From: an uncultured Nitrososphaerales archaeon
GTDB taxonomy: Archaea > Thermoproteota > Nitrososphaeria > Nitrososphaerales > Nitrososphaeraceae
Direction of reading: 5' to 3'
Assembly (NCBI GenBank): GCA_963713605.1
Contig: CAVQMO010000010.1
Coordinates: forward strand, 288,001-352,000
DNA length: 64,000 nt
Shown here: positions 1-11,056 of the stretch, in pieces
Numbering within the stretch: position 1 is the stretch's first letter
Layout: each line of letters begins with the position of its first letter
Made by a program: the position numbers and the translations under genes
The notes under the pieces: generated by a model
Database searches by the model: none
Seen by the model: the letters and a program-made list of their open reading frames with translations, nothing else
Told to the model about the DNA's origin: nothing

Positions 1-70
1 GTAAGGCATGGTTTACAGTTGTCCTTTCAATTGGGCTTAGGACATAGAAACCTCTAAAACCAGTTAGTTA

Positions 71-364
71 CTAGCTTAACCTTATTATTTCGTCCCATGT
101 TCCCGTTGCAGAAAGCATATAATATTTACTGTGACTCCCATGCTCAAACTGTATTACGTCTCCAGCAGTTATCTGAACTCCAAATAAATTGATTAGAAAC
201 TGTAAAAAACTAGGCCCTGCCACGATGCTCTTGGATTCCTTCTCCAGAGGTTTATCATAAAATTTTTGTAAACCATTCTCTAGACCTGATTCACTAATTG
301 CCTCTACTAGCTGGGAAAGATCCATATGTGTTGAGTTTCTCTTGTATATTCTGAGGAAAGCCAT
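71..364 (-). CDS. Hypothetical protein (97 aa)
   Basis: ATG ORF; its 3' half recurs as a diverged inverted copy at 7886-8038 with the stop codon conserved. Confidence 0.6.
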   Translation of the reverse strand: MAFLRIYKRNSTHMDLSQLVEAISESGLENGLQKFYDKPLEKESKSIVAGPSFLQFLINLFGVQITAGDVIQFEHGSHSKYYMLSATGTWDEIIRLS

Positions 365-1031
365 TTCTCAGTAATATCTTCGGCATTCGTGTATATAAAA
401 GGAAGTAATACCCCCTAAGAGTGATCAATACTACAGAATCTCTAGTGAGGGACTCACAAATATGATAATATGACTAACTTGGTAGTTATTCTGTTAAAGA
501 TGAATGTCTAATTTCTCTGTCAGTTGGAAACTGCGCTCTATCAATACATATTTCAACTGCGAGTCCGGCTTTTGGGGGCTAATATTTTTCCTGGTGCATT
601 AGTAGTCTTTACACCACAGAGGTTAATAGTCTTTACAACATTGATTAGAGCCGAAACCTAATACACCTAAATTTTTACTTGAATAGCTGACTCCGCTCAC
701 AAGGTTATTAAACTCTTTATTACGTGATTTACATTTTATATACATACTTTAGCTATGTTCGGTTTCCTCTAGGTAGCTATATTAACTTTCAGTTACAATT
801 ACAAAGATTCCAGCACAATACCCGTGTTCTGGACATTTTCAATCTCTAAACCATGAAGCATACCAAAAACATGATTTGCATATTGGAAAATACTTGTACT
901 TATTTTCAAGTTATCAGGATCTGCAAGTCGCTTTCGTTTTTTTTGTAAGTTTTATTGTGACTATCAATTCTCAAATCTTACTTCAGAAAAATTCGCAACG
1001 GGATGGATCTCACTCAGAAGTATAATTTATC

Positions 1032-1078
1032 TGATGTGGATATCATTGCTTAAGTATGATATGATGTGGATATCATTG
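1032..1078. repeat. 17-bp direct repeat TGATGTGGATATCATTG x2, 30-bp period
   Basis: Copies at 1032-1048 and 1062-1078. Confidence 0.85.
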
Positions 1079-1188
1079 GTTTGTCATCTCTTGCGATCAA
1101 GATATGATACATGAAAGGTAAATTGACATTCCTAAATAATTAGGCGTCACAGGAAGCATCTAATAGGGCTAAAAACAAGAAGTCTGTA

Positions 1189-1551
1189 GTGATTGACCTT
1201 CATGAAAAATATGATATAGATGAAGGTGCTAGCTTTCCCAATGTTGAAAGACAATATGGAAAGATATTAAGACTTACAATCGGGGTACCGAAAACGGATC
1301 AGATGCAAGGTACGTACTGGTTCACTGATGATAGTCTTGCAAAACTCTTGAAATATAGGCCTTCGATAAAAGATATGAAGTTGATTCTGGAGCCGATACG
1401 TTGGCAGACCAAGACTGAGACTTTGGATTTGGGTAACAGCATAGAGCGCTATAGATACCGCAGTACCCTTCAAAAACGACTGATCGAATATTTCTTAGTG
1501 AAATATAGTCTGAAGAATTGCAAGAACAATTGTAGCACTGGTACAACTTAA
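1189..1551 (+). CDS. Hypothetical protein
   Basis: 120-aa ORF, no recognised motif. Confidence 0.4.
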   Translation: MIDLHEKYDIDEGASFPNVERQYGKILRLTIGVPKTDQMQGTYWFTDDSLAKLLKYRPSIKDMKLILEPIRWQTKTETLDLGNSIERYRYRSTLQKRLIEYFLVKYSLKNCKNNCSTGTT

Positions 1552-1868
1552 GCCTGTGAATACCTTATTGTAGTATTAGAAGTGTCAACAGTAGAACTAT
1601 ATATAATAATGATATTGTTCACATAGAAAGGTTTGTTTAGCCTGGGTTCATTAACAGTTATTAGTAGTAGTTCAGACTTTATTCGGGTTACGATAAGAGA
1701 TAAAGGCTTGGATCCAATAAAAGTTGAGTTCCCAAATATGACTCCCGATAGAGGTACAAATGAGATAATGCAAACGGGATACATCATCCATAGGTACATT
1801 TTTCTACCCTTCAATAACCCGTTTGGAGTTTCCTCAATTCATTGTTAAATTTTACAATAGCAATCTTT

Positions 1869-3270
1869 CTAACCTACTGAACCTTCCATTTCGAGCTTTA
1901 CTAACCTATTAAGTTCAACTGCGTACTCCATCGGAAGTTCTTTAGTAAATGGTTCCATAAATCCTCCCACTATCAGAGATAAAGCATCTGATTCAGAAAA
2001 GCCTCTACTCATAAGATAGAAGATTTGATCATCGCCTATCCGACCTACTGTTGCCTCATGAGAGATTGTCGCATCATCTTCATTTACCTCGACGTATGGA
2101 TAAGTATCTGTTCTTGAGTTTTCGTCTAGCAAGAGTGCATCACATCGAACATTTGATTTTACACCTGTAGCGCCTTTTGCTACATGGATCAGACCTCTAT
2201 ACGTGGTTCTTCCTGAGTCTTTACTTACTGATTTGCTGGTAATCCTAGAGGTTGTTTGTGGAGTTAAATGCACTGCCTTCGCACCAGCGTCTTGATGCTG
2301 TCCTGCCCCTGCCAATGCCACTGATATTACCTCAGCGTGAGCGTTACGCCCCATCAAATAGACTCCGGGATACTTCATGGTTAATCTGCTGCCTAGATTT
2401 CCATCCACCCATTCCACAGTTGCATTTTCATATGCATACGCCCTTTTTGTTACTAAATTATATACATCCTTACTCCAGTTTTGGATCGTTGTATACCTTA
2501 TCTTTGCTCCCTTCTTTGCTACAAGTTCAACTACTGCAGAATGGAGTGATTCTGTGGAATATATAGGTGCAGTACAGCCTTCTATATAATGTAACTTCTG
2601 ACCCTTCATCTGCTATTATTAGTGTTCTTTCAAATTGTCCTATATTTTCAGCGTTTATTCTGAAATATGCTTGCAATGGTAGATCAACTTTGACATTTGG
2701 AGGAACATATATGAAAGAGCCTCCAGACCAAACTGCACTATTTAGAGCAGCGAATTTATTATCCTCAGGGGGTATAATCTTTCCAAAGAATCTTTTCATT
2801 AATTCTGGCTGTTCCTTTAGTGCAGTATCTGTATCAATGAATATTACTCCCTGTTTTACCAAATCGTCTCTTAGGTTATGATATACGACCTCTGATTCAT
2901 ACTGAGCTCCCACACCAGCCAAGAATTTTCTCTCTGCGTCTGGAATGCCTAGCTTCTCGAAAGTATTTCTTATTGATTCAGGTACGTCCTCCCAACTTTT
3001 CCCTTGCTTTTCGGATGCTTTGGTATAATAAAAGATATTTTGAAAATCAATCTTAGAGAGATCTCCTCCCCAATTGGGCATTATTTTGTTCATAAAGACG
3101 CTATACGATCTTAACCTAAATTCCTTCATCCAATTCGGTTCGCCCTTTAGCCTACTAATTTCCTCAACGGTTTCTTTAGAAAGTCCTTTCTTGCTTAAAT
3201 AGACATAGTCCTCAGTTGAATCCTTGAAGTCATACTTACTATAATCCATACGTATATCTGTATTCGCCAT
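1869..3270 (-). CDS. sufB: Fe-S cluster assembly protein SufB (one extra base near 2592)
   Basis: [55 protein letters not shown] motifs across two overlapping ORFs. Confidence 0.95.
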
Positions 3271-4119
3271 ATTACGATATTATGATCGCTTTATGTATAT
3301 ATAAGCAATAGGTATATACTAACCAACGGTAGTGATGCTTAGGTATCCATACACTTAAGTAGTTCCTTCGACTTCGAGGGTATATCCTATGATCGAAAGG
3401 ATGCTCTGGTGCAATCCTATCATTTCAATCAGTTCGTAAAAGATAGTGTTTATTACTTCCTTTAGGTAAAAGAAGATTGCCAAGATTAAAAGACAAAGCT
3501 ATTGGGGTAGTATGTGAAAGCGCCACTAAGGCAGCGTTATAATCGGTTTGCACGGCAAAACCCAATGACAGAGCATGGTTATCCAATACAAGGTATGTTG
3601 ACAAAAATTAAAACAATCTGCTATACAGCGAGGAATAGATAAGGATAGGTTTCCTTATTCTGTTTCTCAATCTTGTAATGGCATGAATAGCAGTATTGGC
3701 ATATGATACAAAAGTGTTGTGTTCTTTTGTTACAGTCTATACATTGCCCATAAAAATACCGATCATATCCTGTGAGGTATTCATGCATGATCTTTATAGT
3801 ATGACAGTATTAATTAACCTTTATAGAACCATTCTGATATACTTTAACGTGTCTTGGAAAGAAGAGGATAACATTAGCTTTCATACAAGTGTACATTTCT
3901 CTGCTACTTTTCCAACATTTAGTAATGGCAATGCAGAATAGCGCTAGTTTGAACCTTCGTATAGAAGATGATGGACACGCCATCTTCCCATTAAAATCAT
4001 ATTTGTGTCGGTTTCTAGAAGATTTGCACAACAAAGCTAGTCGTCGTTGGTGAGTAATTTCAAAATTATCCTTCAGACAGCTTACACATCTGTTCTGATC
4101 GGTACCAAGTTTGCAAAAC

Positions 4120-4131
4120 TGTATAAGGAGT
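4120..4131 (+). promoter_or_regulatory. TATA-like element TGTATAAGGAGT of cdc48 copy 1
   Basis: Same 12-mer at equivalent distance upstream of cdc48 copy 2 (57391-57402, minus). Confidence 0.6.
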
Positions 4132-4151
4132 CACTGTTAAGTTGTATTAGT

Positions 4152-6380
4152 ATGTCCAGCAAAGATACTCGAAGTTTAAATCTCAATTTAAAGATACTTG
4201 AAGCTTATACTAGAGACGTTGGTAGAGGAGTTGCCCGTCTTGATTACGAATCTATGGATTCTCTCGGCGCTTCTACTGGAGATATTATAGAATTAAAAGC
4301 AGGTGAAAAAAGCAGAAGTGGCAGAAGGACTGTAGCCAAGTGCTTGCCTTTGTATCCCTCTGATGAAGGTAAGGGTGTGATCAGAATCGATGGTCTAGTT
4401 AGGAATAATGCTGGTCTGGCCATAGGTGACCCTGTGATCATAAAAAAGATAAGAGCCAGTTTAGCAGAAATGGTTATTGTCGCTCCGCTCGAAGAATTAC
4501 CATCTCTTGACGAAAGGTATCTTGCAGACTCACTTGATAGCGTATCCATGATAAAAGGAGATAACGTTATGGTCCCGTATTTTGGTGGAAGGCTTACCTT
4601 TCAGGTTATAGGGCTTACGCCTGCTACCGGAGACGCAGTCATTGTAGGCCAGAAGACACAGTTCACTATAGCGACTTCTGACCTGGCTCTAGGAAGAGCA
4701 ACTGCGAGTGTTGTTGCTTATGAGGATATCGGTGGCTTAAGGGATGTAATACAAAGGGTGAGGGAAATGATAGAGCTCCCGTTACGCCATCCTGAGATAT
4801 TTGAAAAACTCGGAATAGAAGCGCCCAAAGGAATACTATTGCATGGACCACCAGGTACAGGCAAAACCTTATTGGCTAAGGCAGTAGCTAATGAAAGCAA
4901 CTCGCATTTTATCAGTATATCCGGGCCAGAAATCATGAGCAAATTCTATGGGGAGTCCGAAGCGCGTCTAAGGGAAATATTTAAAGAAGCACGAGAAAAA
5001 GCCCCCTCTATTATATTCATAGATGAAATAGACTCTATCGCACCAAAGAGAGAAGAAGTCATGGGAGAAGTAGAGCGAAGGGTGGTTTCGCAACTGCTTT
5101 CAGTTATGGATGGTTTGGAGAGTCGTGGAAAAGTAATTGTTATAGCAGCAAGCAACAGACCAAACGCAATAGATCCTGCATTGCGTAGACCGGGAAGATT
5201 TGATAGAGAAATCGAGATCAGAGTTCCAGATAAACGTGGCAGACTAGAAGTACTTCAAGTTCATACGAGAAATATGCCACTAAATACCGACATAGACCAA
5301 ATTAAGATCGCCGCTGTTACCCATGGATTTGTAGGTGCAGATCTTGAATACTTGTGTAAAGAAGCAGCTATGAAGTGTTTGAGAAGACTTCTACCTGAAC
5401 TCAACCTGGAGGATGAAAAACTTGCTCCAGAAGTGCTAAATAAGTTAGTAGTTACCATGGCCGATTTTCAGAATGCAATAAGGGAGATTACACCATCTGC
5501 TATGAGAGAAGTCTATATAGAGCCACCTGACGTTAAATGGGATGAAATTGGTGGATTAGACATAGTAAAGCGAGAGTTACAGGAAGCAGTTGAATGGCCT
5601 ATGCACTTTCCGGAAATGTACAAACAATTAGGACATACTGTACCTAAAGGGATATTGTTGTACGGCCCTTCAGGAACGGGTAAGACTATGCTTGCAAAGG
5701 CAGTAGCAACTGAGTCAGAGGCAAATTTTATTAGCGTTAAGGGTCCTGAGCTCATGTCAAAATGGGTAGGAGAATCTGAAAAGGGAATAAGAGATATCTT
5801 TAGAAAGGCAAGACAGGCTTCACCGTGCGTTATATTCTTTGACGAAGTTGATTCTATTGCACCTATCAGGGGGGGAGGAGGCGGAATTGAAGGTCTTGGT
5901 GGCTCTCCAGGTGCAGAAAAAATGATATCGCAACTGCTTACAGAGATGGATGGTATACATGAGATTCACGATGTCGTTGTATTAGCTGCCACTAATAGAA
6001 TAGATATGATCGACACTGCCTTACTGAGACCGGGTCGCTTTGACAAAATCATTTACATACCAAATCCAGATAAAGCTACAAGAGAAAAAATTCTACAAAT
6101 TCACATTAAAGGAAGGCCAATCAGCAACGATATTGATCTAAATAAAATAGTAGAAATGACAGATGGATTCAGCGGAGCTGATGTATCGTCAGTTGTAAAT
6201 ACGGCAGTATCTCTAATTTTGCATGATTACATTCAAAGGTACCCATCTGCTGAAGAAGCACTCAAACACACGTCAGAAGCACTTATTTCTATAAGACATT
6301 TAGAAGAAGCTGTGAAAAAAGTAAGGCGACAAAGAGAAATGAAACCAGAAGAGAAGATGTATATATCACACTATAGATAA
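4152..6380 (+). CDS. cdc48: CDC48/p97/VAT AAA+ ATPase, copy 1
   Basis: N-domain plus two AAA modules ([35 protein letters not shown]); start placed at ATG 4152 by comparison with copy 2. Confidence 0.97.
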   Translation: MSSKDTRSLNLNLKILEAYTRDVGRGVARLDYESMDSLGASTGDIIELKAGEKSRSGRRTVAKCLPLYPSDEGKGVIRIDGLVRNNAGLAIGDPVIIKKIRASLAEMVIVAPLEELPSLDERYLADSLDSVSMIKGDNVMVPYFGGRLTFQVIGLTPATGDAVIVGQKTQFTIATSDLALGRATASVVAYEDIGGLRDVIQRVREMIELPLRHPEIFEKLGIEAPKGILLHGPPGTGKTLLAKAVANESNSHFISISGPEIMSKFYGESEARLREIFKEAREKAPSIIFIDEIDSIAPKREEVMGEVERRVVSQLLSVMDGLESRGKVIVIAASNRPNAIDPALRRPGRFDREIEIRVPDKRGRLEVLQVHTRNMPLNTDIDQIKIAAVTHGFVGADLEYLCKEAAMKCLRRLLPELNLEDEKLAPEVLNKLVVTMADFQNAIREITPSAMREVYIEPPDVKWDEIGGLDIVKRELQEAVEWPMHFPEMYKQLGHTVPKGILLYGPSGTGKTMLAKAVATESEANFISVKGPELMSKWVGESEKGIRDIFRKARQASPCVIFFDEVDSIAPIRGGGGGIEGLGGSPGAEKMISQLLTEMDGIHEIHDVVVLAATNRIDMIDTALLRPGRFDKIIYIPNPDKATREKILQIHIKGRPISNDIDLNKIVEMTDGFSGADVSSVVNTAVSLILHDYIQRYPSAEEALKHTSEALISIRHLEEAVKKVRRQREMKPEEKMYISHYR

Positions 6381-6633
6381 TGAAATAACTATCTTTTGGA
6401 AATACGATATGACTGTATTTTTAGTAGCGTGTACATATTATTATGGCCAATTTTGAAAATAGATTATGCCATAGCAACTTGTCTCGAAACTGAATTATGT
6501 TTAATCGTTTGGAGCAAGTGAAGCTGTTTCAGTATTAAATGCATAATTTCAGGATTAATATCAAAACTGACTAATGATACTTTCTAGAACCTAACGTTGC
6601 GAAAGGAAAACTCCCCATGAAATAAGAGTAAAA

Positions 6634-6915
6634 TTATCCTCGGCTCAGAAAACGCCTTGACATTTCCCTAGAGATTTCTTCGTGTTTTATCACTTCGCCC
6701 CTTCTGCCTGGAGTTTTCATCTGTTGCTGGTTTACTTGCTTCCTTTCCTCGAGTAATTCATCAACTCCATAATAATTGTTTATACCGCATTGCCTTTTCT
6801 TTCTTAATTCGTGCGTATAGCGATCTCTAAAATCTGTTTCTTCCGTGTCTTTAGTAGATGTGTCTGTTTGGGACAATTGGAAATTAAAAACAACTGTTGC
6901 TTCCTCATTCACCAT
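6634..6915 (-). CDS. Hypothetical protein (93 aa)
   Basis: Likely ATG start at 6915 (MVNEEATVVFNF...) with an AT-rich promoter-like region upstream. Confidence 0.6.
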   Translation of the reverse strand: MVNEEATVVFNFQLSQTDTSTKDTEETDFRDRYTHELRKKRQCGINNYYGVDELLEERKQVNQQQMKTPGRRGEVIKHEEISREMSRRFLSRG

Positions 6916-7420
6916 ATGTTTCTGTATAATTATAACATATAAGAATGTATTTGATTCAAAGTGTACCGATAAGCAAGGATGAAATTGTTGGTCGGATGGA
7001 TATAGTAAAAATGGCCATACAACTAAATCCCCTCTACCAACCTGGAAGGTCAGGCCTTTTGAATTGATTGGATGTCTTCTGCAAAAACAGAACAATGACC
7101 AAAGACTTTGTTTCATCTCAGAAAAGTACCTTCTACCGTTCTTCAGTTATTAAATATATTTCAACATATAGACTTAGATCATATGAATTGCTACTGATTC
7201 TTTGCAGCTTGCATTCTTTGGGTTAGTTGATACATACAATCGTGATACTGACAATCGCAAATTCTAGTTAATTTTGATTCATTAAAAATTTCTCCATTGC
7301 ATAAGCCATGTTCATTTTGTATACACTTCGCTGATTTATATCCAATCACCTATAACTTTATATCTATTCTATATATAGATGTGTAATGTGGATATTGTAG
7401 AAATACTCTATAAGCGAGCC

Positions 7421-7610
7421 AACTGCCTAAGTGTATGGATATCAGAGTATAGTTACCATCGATAAGTGTATACTAATTGTTTATATACGCGGTATGCGAT
7501 TATATTATTGTATTATGGAGAATATAGATATACATATGGATTATAGTAAGTATGTCTTCAAGGATTCAACTGAGGACTATGTCTACTTAAGCAAGAAAGG
7601 ACTTTCTAAA
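7421..7610 (+). repeat. Inverted copy of sufB upstream region plus first 32 codons (matches 3175-3364)
   Basis: Gap-free colinear match, ATG 7515 = ATG 3270; [32 protein letters not shown] vs [32 protein letters not shown]. Confidence 0.95.
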
Positions 7611-7641
7611 TTCAATCATTTCGTAGAAGGAGGAAGCAATA

Positions 7642-7815
7642 TTGGCAATATTACAAACGTATAATCGTCGAGATGACTTTGATATAGTCGGTTATGGAGA
7701 ATGTCCAGGTTGTAAAACAGAGAATAATCTGGTACAAAGTAAAACGATAGAATGCTCCATGTGTGGAGAGCCATATTTAAGGAATAAATGGAAAGGTGTA
7801 TCTTGGTGTGAATGA
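7642..7815 (+). CDS. Small zinc-ribbon protein (57 aa, not in ORF track)
   Basis: TTG start after AGGAGG; ...GECPGCKTENNLVQSKTIECSMCGEPYLRNKW... Confidence 0.55.
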   Translation: MAILQTYNRRDDFDIVGYGECPGCKTENNLVQSKTIECSMCGEPYLRNKWKGVSWCE

Positions 7816-7885
7816 GAAAGGGTAACACCTTCTAAGTTAGTTTAGTCGTTAAAAGTGCTATGAGCTGCAGTATCTTCAAGCTATA

Positions 7886-8038
7886 GTGGCAGTGCCTAGT
7901 TTTCTACAGTTTCTAATCAATTTATTTGGAGTTCAGATAACTGCTGGAGACGTAATACAATTTGAGCATGGGAGTCACGGTAAATATTATATGCTTTCTG
8001 CAAGGGGAACGTGGGGAGAAATGATAAAACTAAATTAG
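7886..8038 (+). pseudogene. Inverted partial copy of the 71-364 gene (matches 71-223)
   Basis: High identity, colinear, e.g. TTTATTTGGAGTTCAGATAACTGCTGGAGACGTAATACA; lacks the 5' part. Confidence 0.9.
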
Positions 8039-8185
8039 AAACTAGACTGGGGTTCAAATACACTTGAATATCTAATACGTAAATTATTTTGCTGTTTTAA
8101 TTGGTATACCTTTTGGGATTTTTGATTCAATGAATTAAACATCAAGAAATGTATGTTATGTTCGGTTTCAAATATCACGACCTGA

Positions 8186-8752
8186 CTAGTGTATAATCAA
8201 AACAGGTGTTCGAATATTACTGATTATTTTTCTGGTTTCACTAAATATAGAATGTAGCCAAGAATCAAGATGTGTCGTTGTCATGATAATTAAATCATAA
8301 TCAGTCTCTTGACATGCCTTTACTATCTCATGAACGACATGCCCTGTTCTAATTCCATATGATATCTTATTCTTGCTACCTGCCTCTGTACATTGTTTTA
8401 TTTTTGATTCCATTAAATTTACTAATTCTCCTTTAATATCGAGTTCAAAACCATTTTGATTGTGTGTTGTTTTATTTTGTGATATATCAACCGAAGTCCC
8501 TTCAAACTTTTCTACGTCTTGTATTATACACAGAATGACAATTTCTGCACCAGAGAGATTTGATAAGTATATTGCGTGACTAAGTGCTTTATCTGAAGCT
8601 TCTTTTCCATCATGAGGTACCAAAATTTTAGTATAGGAAGGAATATCTAATTTTGAGGCAGCAGAAGAACTACTAGATTCTGCCGAAAAATCTTCTGTTG
8701 AACTTGCATTTGATGACGAATCTCCTTCTTTAGCATCATCATGTGGACTCAT
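8186..8752 (-). CDS. Universal stress protein (Usp)
   Basis: YTKILVPHDG...ALSHAIYL, DLIIM, PVLII; Ser-rich N-terminal extension. Confidence 0.9.
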   Translation of the reverse strand: MSPHDDAKEGDSSSNASSTEDFSAESSSSSAASKLDIPSYTKILVPHDGKEASDKALSHAIYLSNLSGAEIVILCIIQDVEKFEGTSVDISQNKTTHNQNGFELDIKGELVNLMESKIKQCTEAGSKNKISYGIRTGHVVHEIVKACQETDYDLIIMTTTHLDSWLHSIFSETRKIISNIRTPVLIIH

Positions 8753-9387
8753 GATTTGACTGTATTAATAAAGTATTTATGTTTAATCATAACAGCAGAA
8801 AGAAAGTGGGGTATGGGATCTCCAATCCATTCCGTTACTCAAATTATGTTAATTCCCTTTCTTCGTAACACCAAAGTTTTGCCTGGCATGGCGCTACAAC
8901 TTAATGAGACATTGTATAAATGTAAACATTCTAAAGGTATCCTTTGAAGAGAGCAGTTAGGCGCTCTTATGATGAAAAGCCGAAATCGTTTTTCTTCCTT
9001 CCTTCATTGGCATGGTAGTTAACCATTAATGTATGCAATTTACACTCTACTTACTCGTCATCACGCCAGTATATATTGAGTCCTTCAATTTGTCTCCCTA
9101 ACCTTTTGACGTGATAATTCACTTTAACGTTACAATCATAGGCTGAATAACATCATCTTCACCACAACTTTTACATCCCATTTGTAACCTTCACACAGTT
9201 AGCCATTCCCCTCAAAAACGATTTAAGTATTGAAGAGTGAATTTTATTGCACACTCTCTTCACATTATGACATTTCTTTAGTATACCATCAAGCCTGAAT
9301 TGATAGTTCTGTGCTTCTTGCAAATCTGCACCACAACCCTGAACAAGGAGGTCAATCGGCTCTCGAATACTGCCTCTGAAGCGGGCT

Positions 9388-10695
9388 CTACTCAATGCCG
9401 TAGCTAGGCCCTCTGCTTCTGTAACTAGAATAGTTTTTGGAGTAAGCATTATTTCTGTCTCTGCTATTGTAGCCGTTACTGTAGCCGATATTATTATATC
9501 TTCTATAATTGCTACCACCGTGTCTTTGACGATTATGCACATATTGTTGAATCACAGGGATTTCAATTCCCATCTCTTCATTTAATTTACGAATAGGTTT
9601 TTCTGTCGTCTTAATGATTCTTCCAAAGTCATCAACTCTATCCTGAGAAACCAAAGAGATAGCCTTTCCAGATCCGCCGGCTCTTGCTGTCCTTCCTATC
9701 CGGTGGAAATAGATTAGTGGGTCTGCTGGTATGTCATAGTTTATCACGTGACCTACAGCTGGAACATCAATTCCTCTTGCAGCAATATCAGTGGCCACAA
9801 GAATGTCTTCAAATCCTTTTCTGAATTTGTACATTGCGCTATCCCTTTGTCCCTGAGATAAATCGCCGTGCATTGTAATTGCTTTGAATCCTTCTTGCTT
9901 TAGTTCAGTAGCAAGTCTATGTGTTCTTTGCTTTGTAGCGGCAAAAACTATAGTCTGTCTCTCTTTCTTGTTTCTAATAAAATTACATAGATGCTTGAAT
10001 TTTTCATTTTCGTGAACGACTAGGTAGGATTGGTCAATAGTATCAAGACTCAATTCTTTTTCGTTGAGTCGTATTTCTTTTGGATCAACCATATATTCTT
10101 GTGCAAGTCTCAAAACCTCTCGGGGCATAGTAGCTGAAAATAAACATGTATGCCTGTCTTCTCTCATATAAGATAAAATATACTTGATATCGTCAACAAA
10201 ACCCATGTCAAGCATCCTGTCCGCTTCGTCAAGTACCGCAAACTTTACTTCCTTGAGACTAATTGATCTACGCTTAATATGGTCTATCAATCTGCCGGGT
10301 GTCGCTACCACAATCTGAACACCTTTCCTCAGCTGACTATACTGAATACCAATACTTTGGCCCCCGTAAATGGATACAATTCTGATGCCTGTATACCTTG
10401 CGAACTTTTCAAATTCAGCAGTAACCTGTACTGCTAGCTCCCTCGTTGGGGCGAGTATCACTGCTTGTAATGGACCTCTACGTTTTATTTTGGTTAATAT
10501 TGGCAGCGCAAAAGCCGCCGTCTTTCCAGTACCTGTGTGCGCCTGTCCTATAACATCTATACCTCTTAAAATAAACGGTATTGCTTCCTGTTGGATAGGA
10601 AAAGGAGCTTCAAATCCATTTTCTCTGAGTGCTCTAGTAATTTCAGCACTCAATCCTAACTCTTCAAATTTTGTTGTCAACTTTTTATTTTTCAC
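9388..10695 (-). CDS. DEAD-box RNA helicase
   Basis: Q motif, AHTGTGKT, PTRELA, TPGR, DEAD, SAT, ARGID, HRIGRTAR; N/Y/R-rich tail. Confidence 0.97.
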   Translation of the reverse strand: MKNKKLTTKFEELGLSAEITRALRENGFEAPFPIQQEAIPFILRGIDVIGQAHTGTGKTAAFALPILTKIKRRGPLQAVILAPTRELAVQVTAEFEKFARYTGIRIVSIYGGQSIGIQYSQLRKGVQIVVATPGRLIDHIKRRSISLKEVKFAVLDEADRMLDMGFVDDIKYILSYMREDRHTCLFSATMPREVLRLAQEYMVDPKEIRLNEKELSLDTIDQSYLVVHENEKFKHLCNFIRNKKERQTIVFAATKQRTHRLATELKQEGFKAITMHGDLSQGQRDSAMYKFRKGFEDILVATDIAARGIDVPAVGHVINYDIPADPLIYFHRIGRTARAGGSGKAISLVSQDRVDDFGRIIKTTEKPIRKLNEEMGIEIPVIQQYVHNRQRHGGSNYRRYNNIGYSNGYNSRDRNNAYSKNYSSYRSRGPSYGIE

Positions 10696-11056
10696 TTTTT
10701 TATATACAAAAGGAACGGAAAATACGTAAAGTAATTTTTATCTACTTGTCGATTGCCGTGATTCTTTTGCTTCAATTAATACGAGAATTACGAAAATATA
10801 ATCTTTTCTCATCTCATCATACCACTTTTGGTAATATAATCAATTAGTGTCAATGAGGGTCATATCACAGTTCCCCACCTAACAATAACGAGAGATGGCC
10901 ACTTACGATCAAGCAAACTGCGGATTTAGCATGGATGTCACAGGAACTGATGTTGTTAGTACGAATTTTATAGAGTTGGGAAAGATGATTTATTAAAGGC
11001 GTCAATCTGACTTTGCAAGGACCTCGTAACCTACGAGACTTAACCTTTTTACAATA

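Noticed and set aside
1063..1107. DVDIIGLSSLA resembling a B12-binding domain strand
   Set aside because: Only about 11 residues bounded by stops; may be chance
2580..2610. Programmed frameshifting in sufB and other split genes
   Set aside because: No shared slippery sequence; single inserted bases fit sequencing error better
9171..9542. 123-aa ORF overlapping the helicase 3' end
   Set aside because: Alternative frame of the low-complexity tail, no motif
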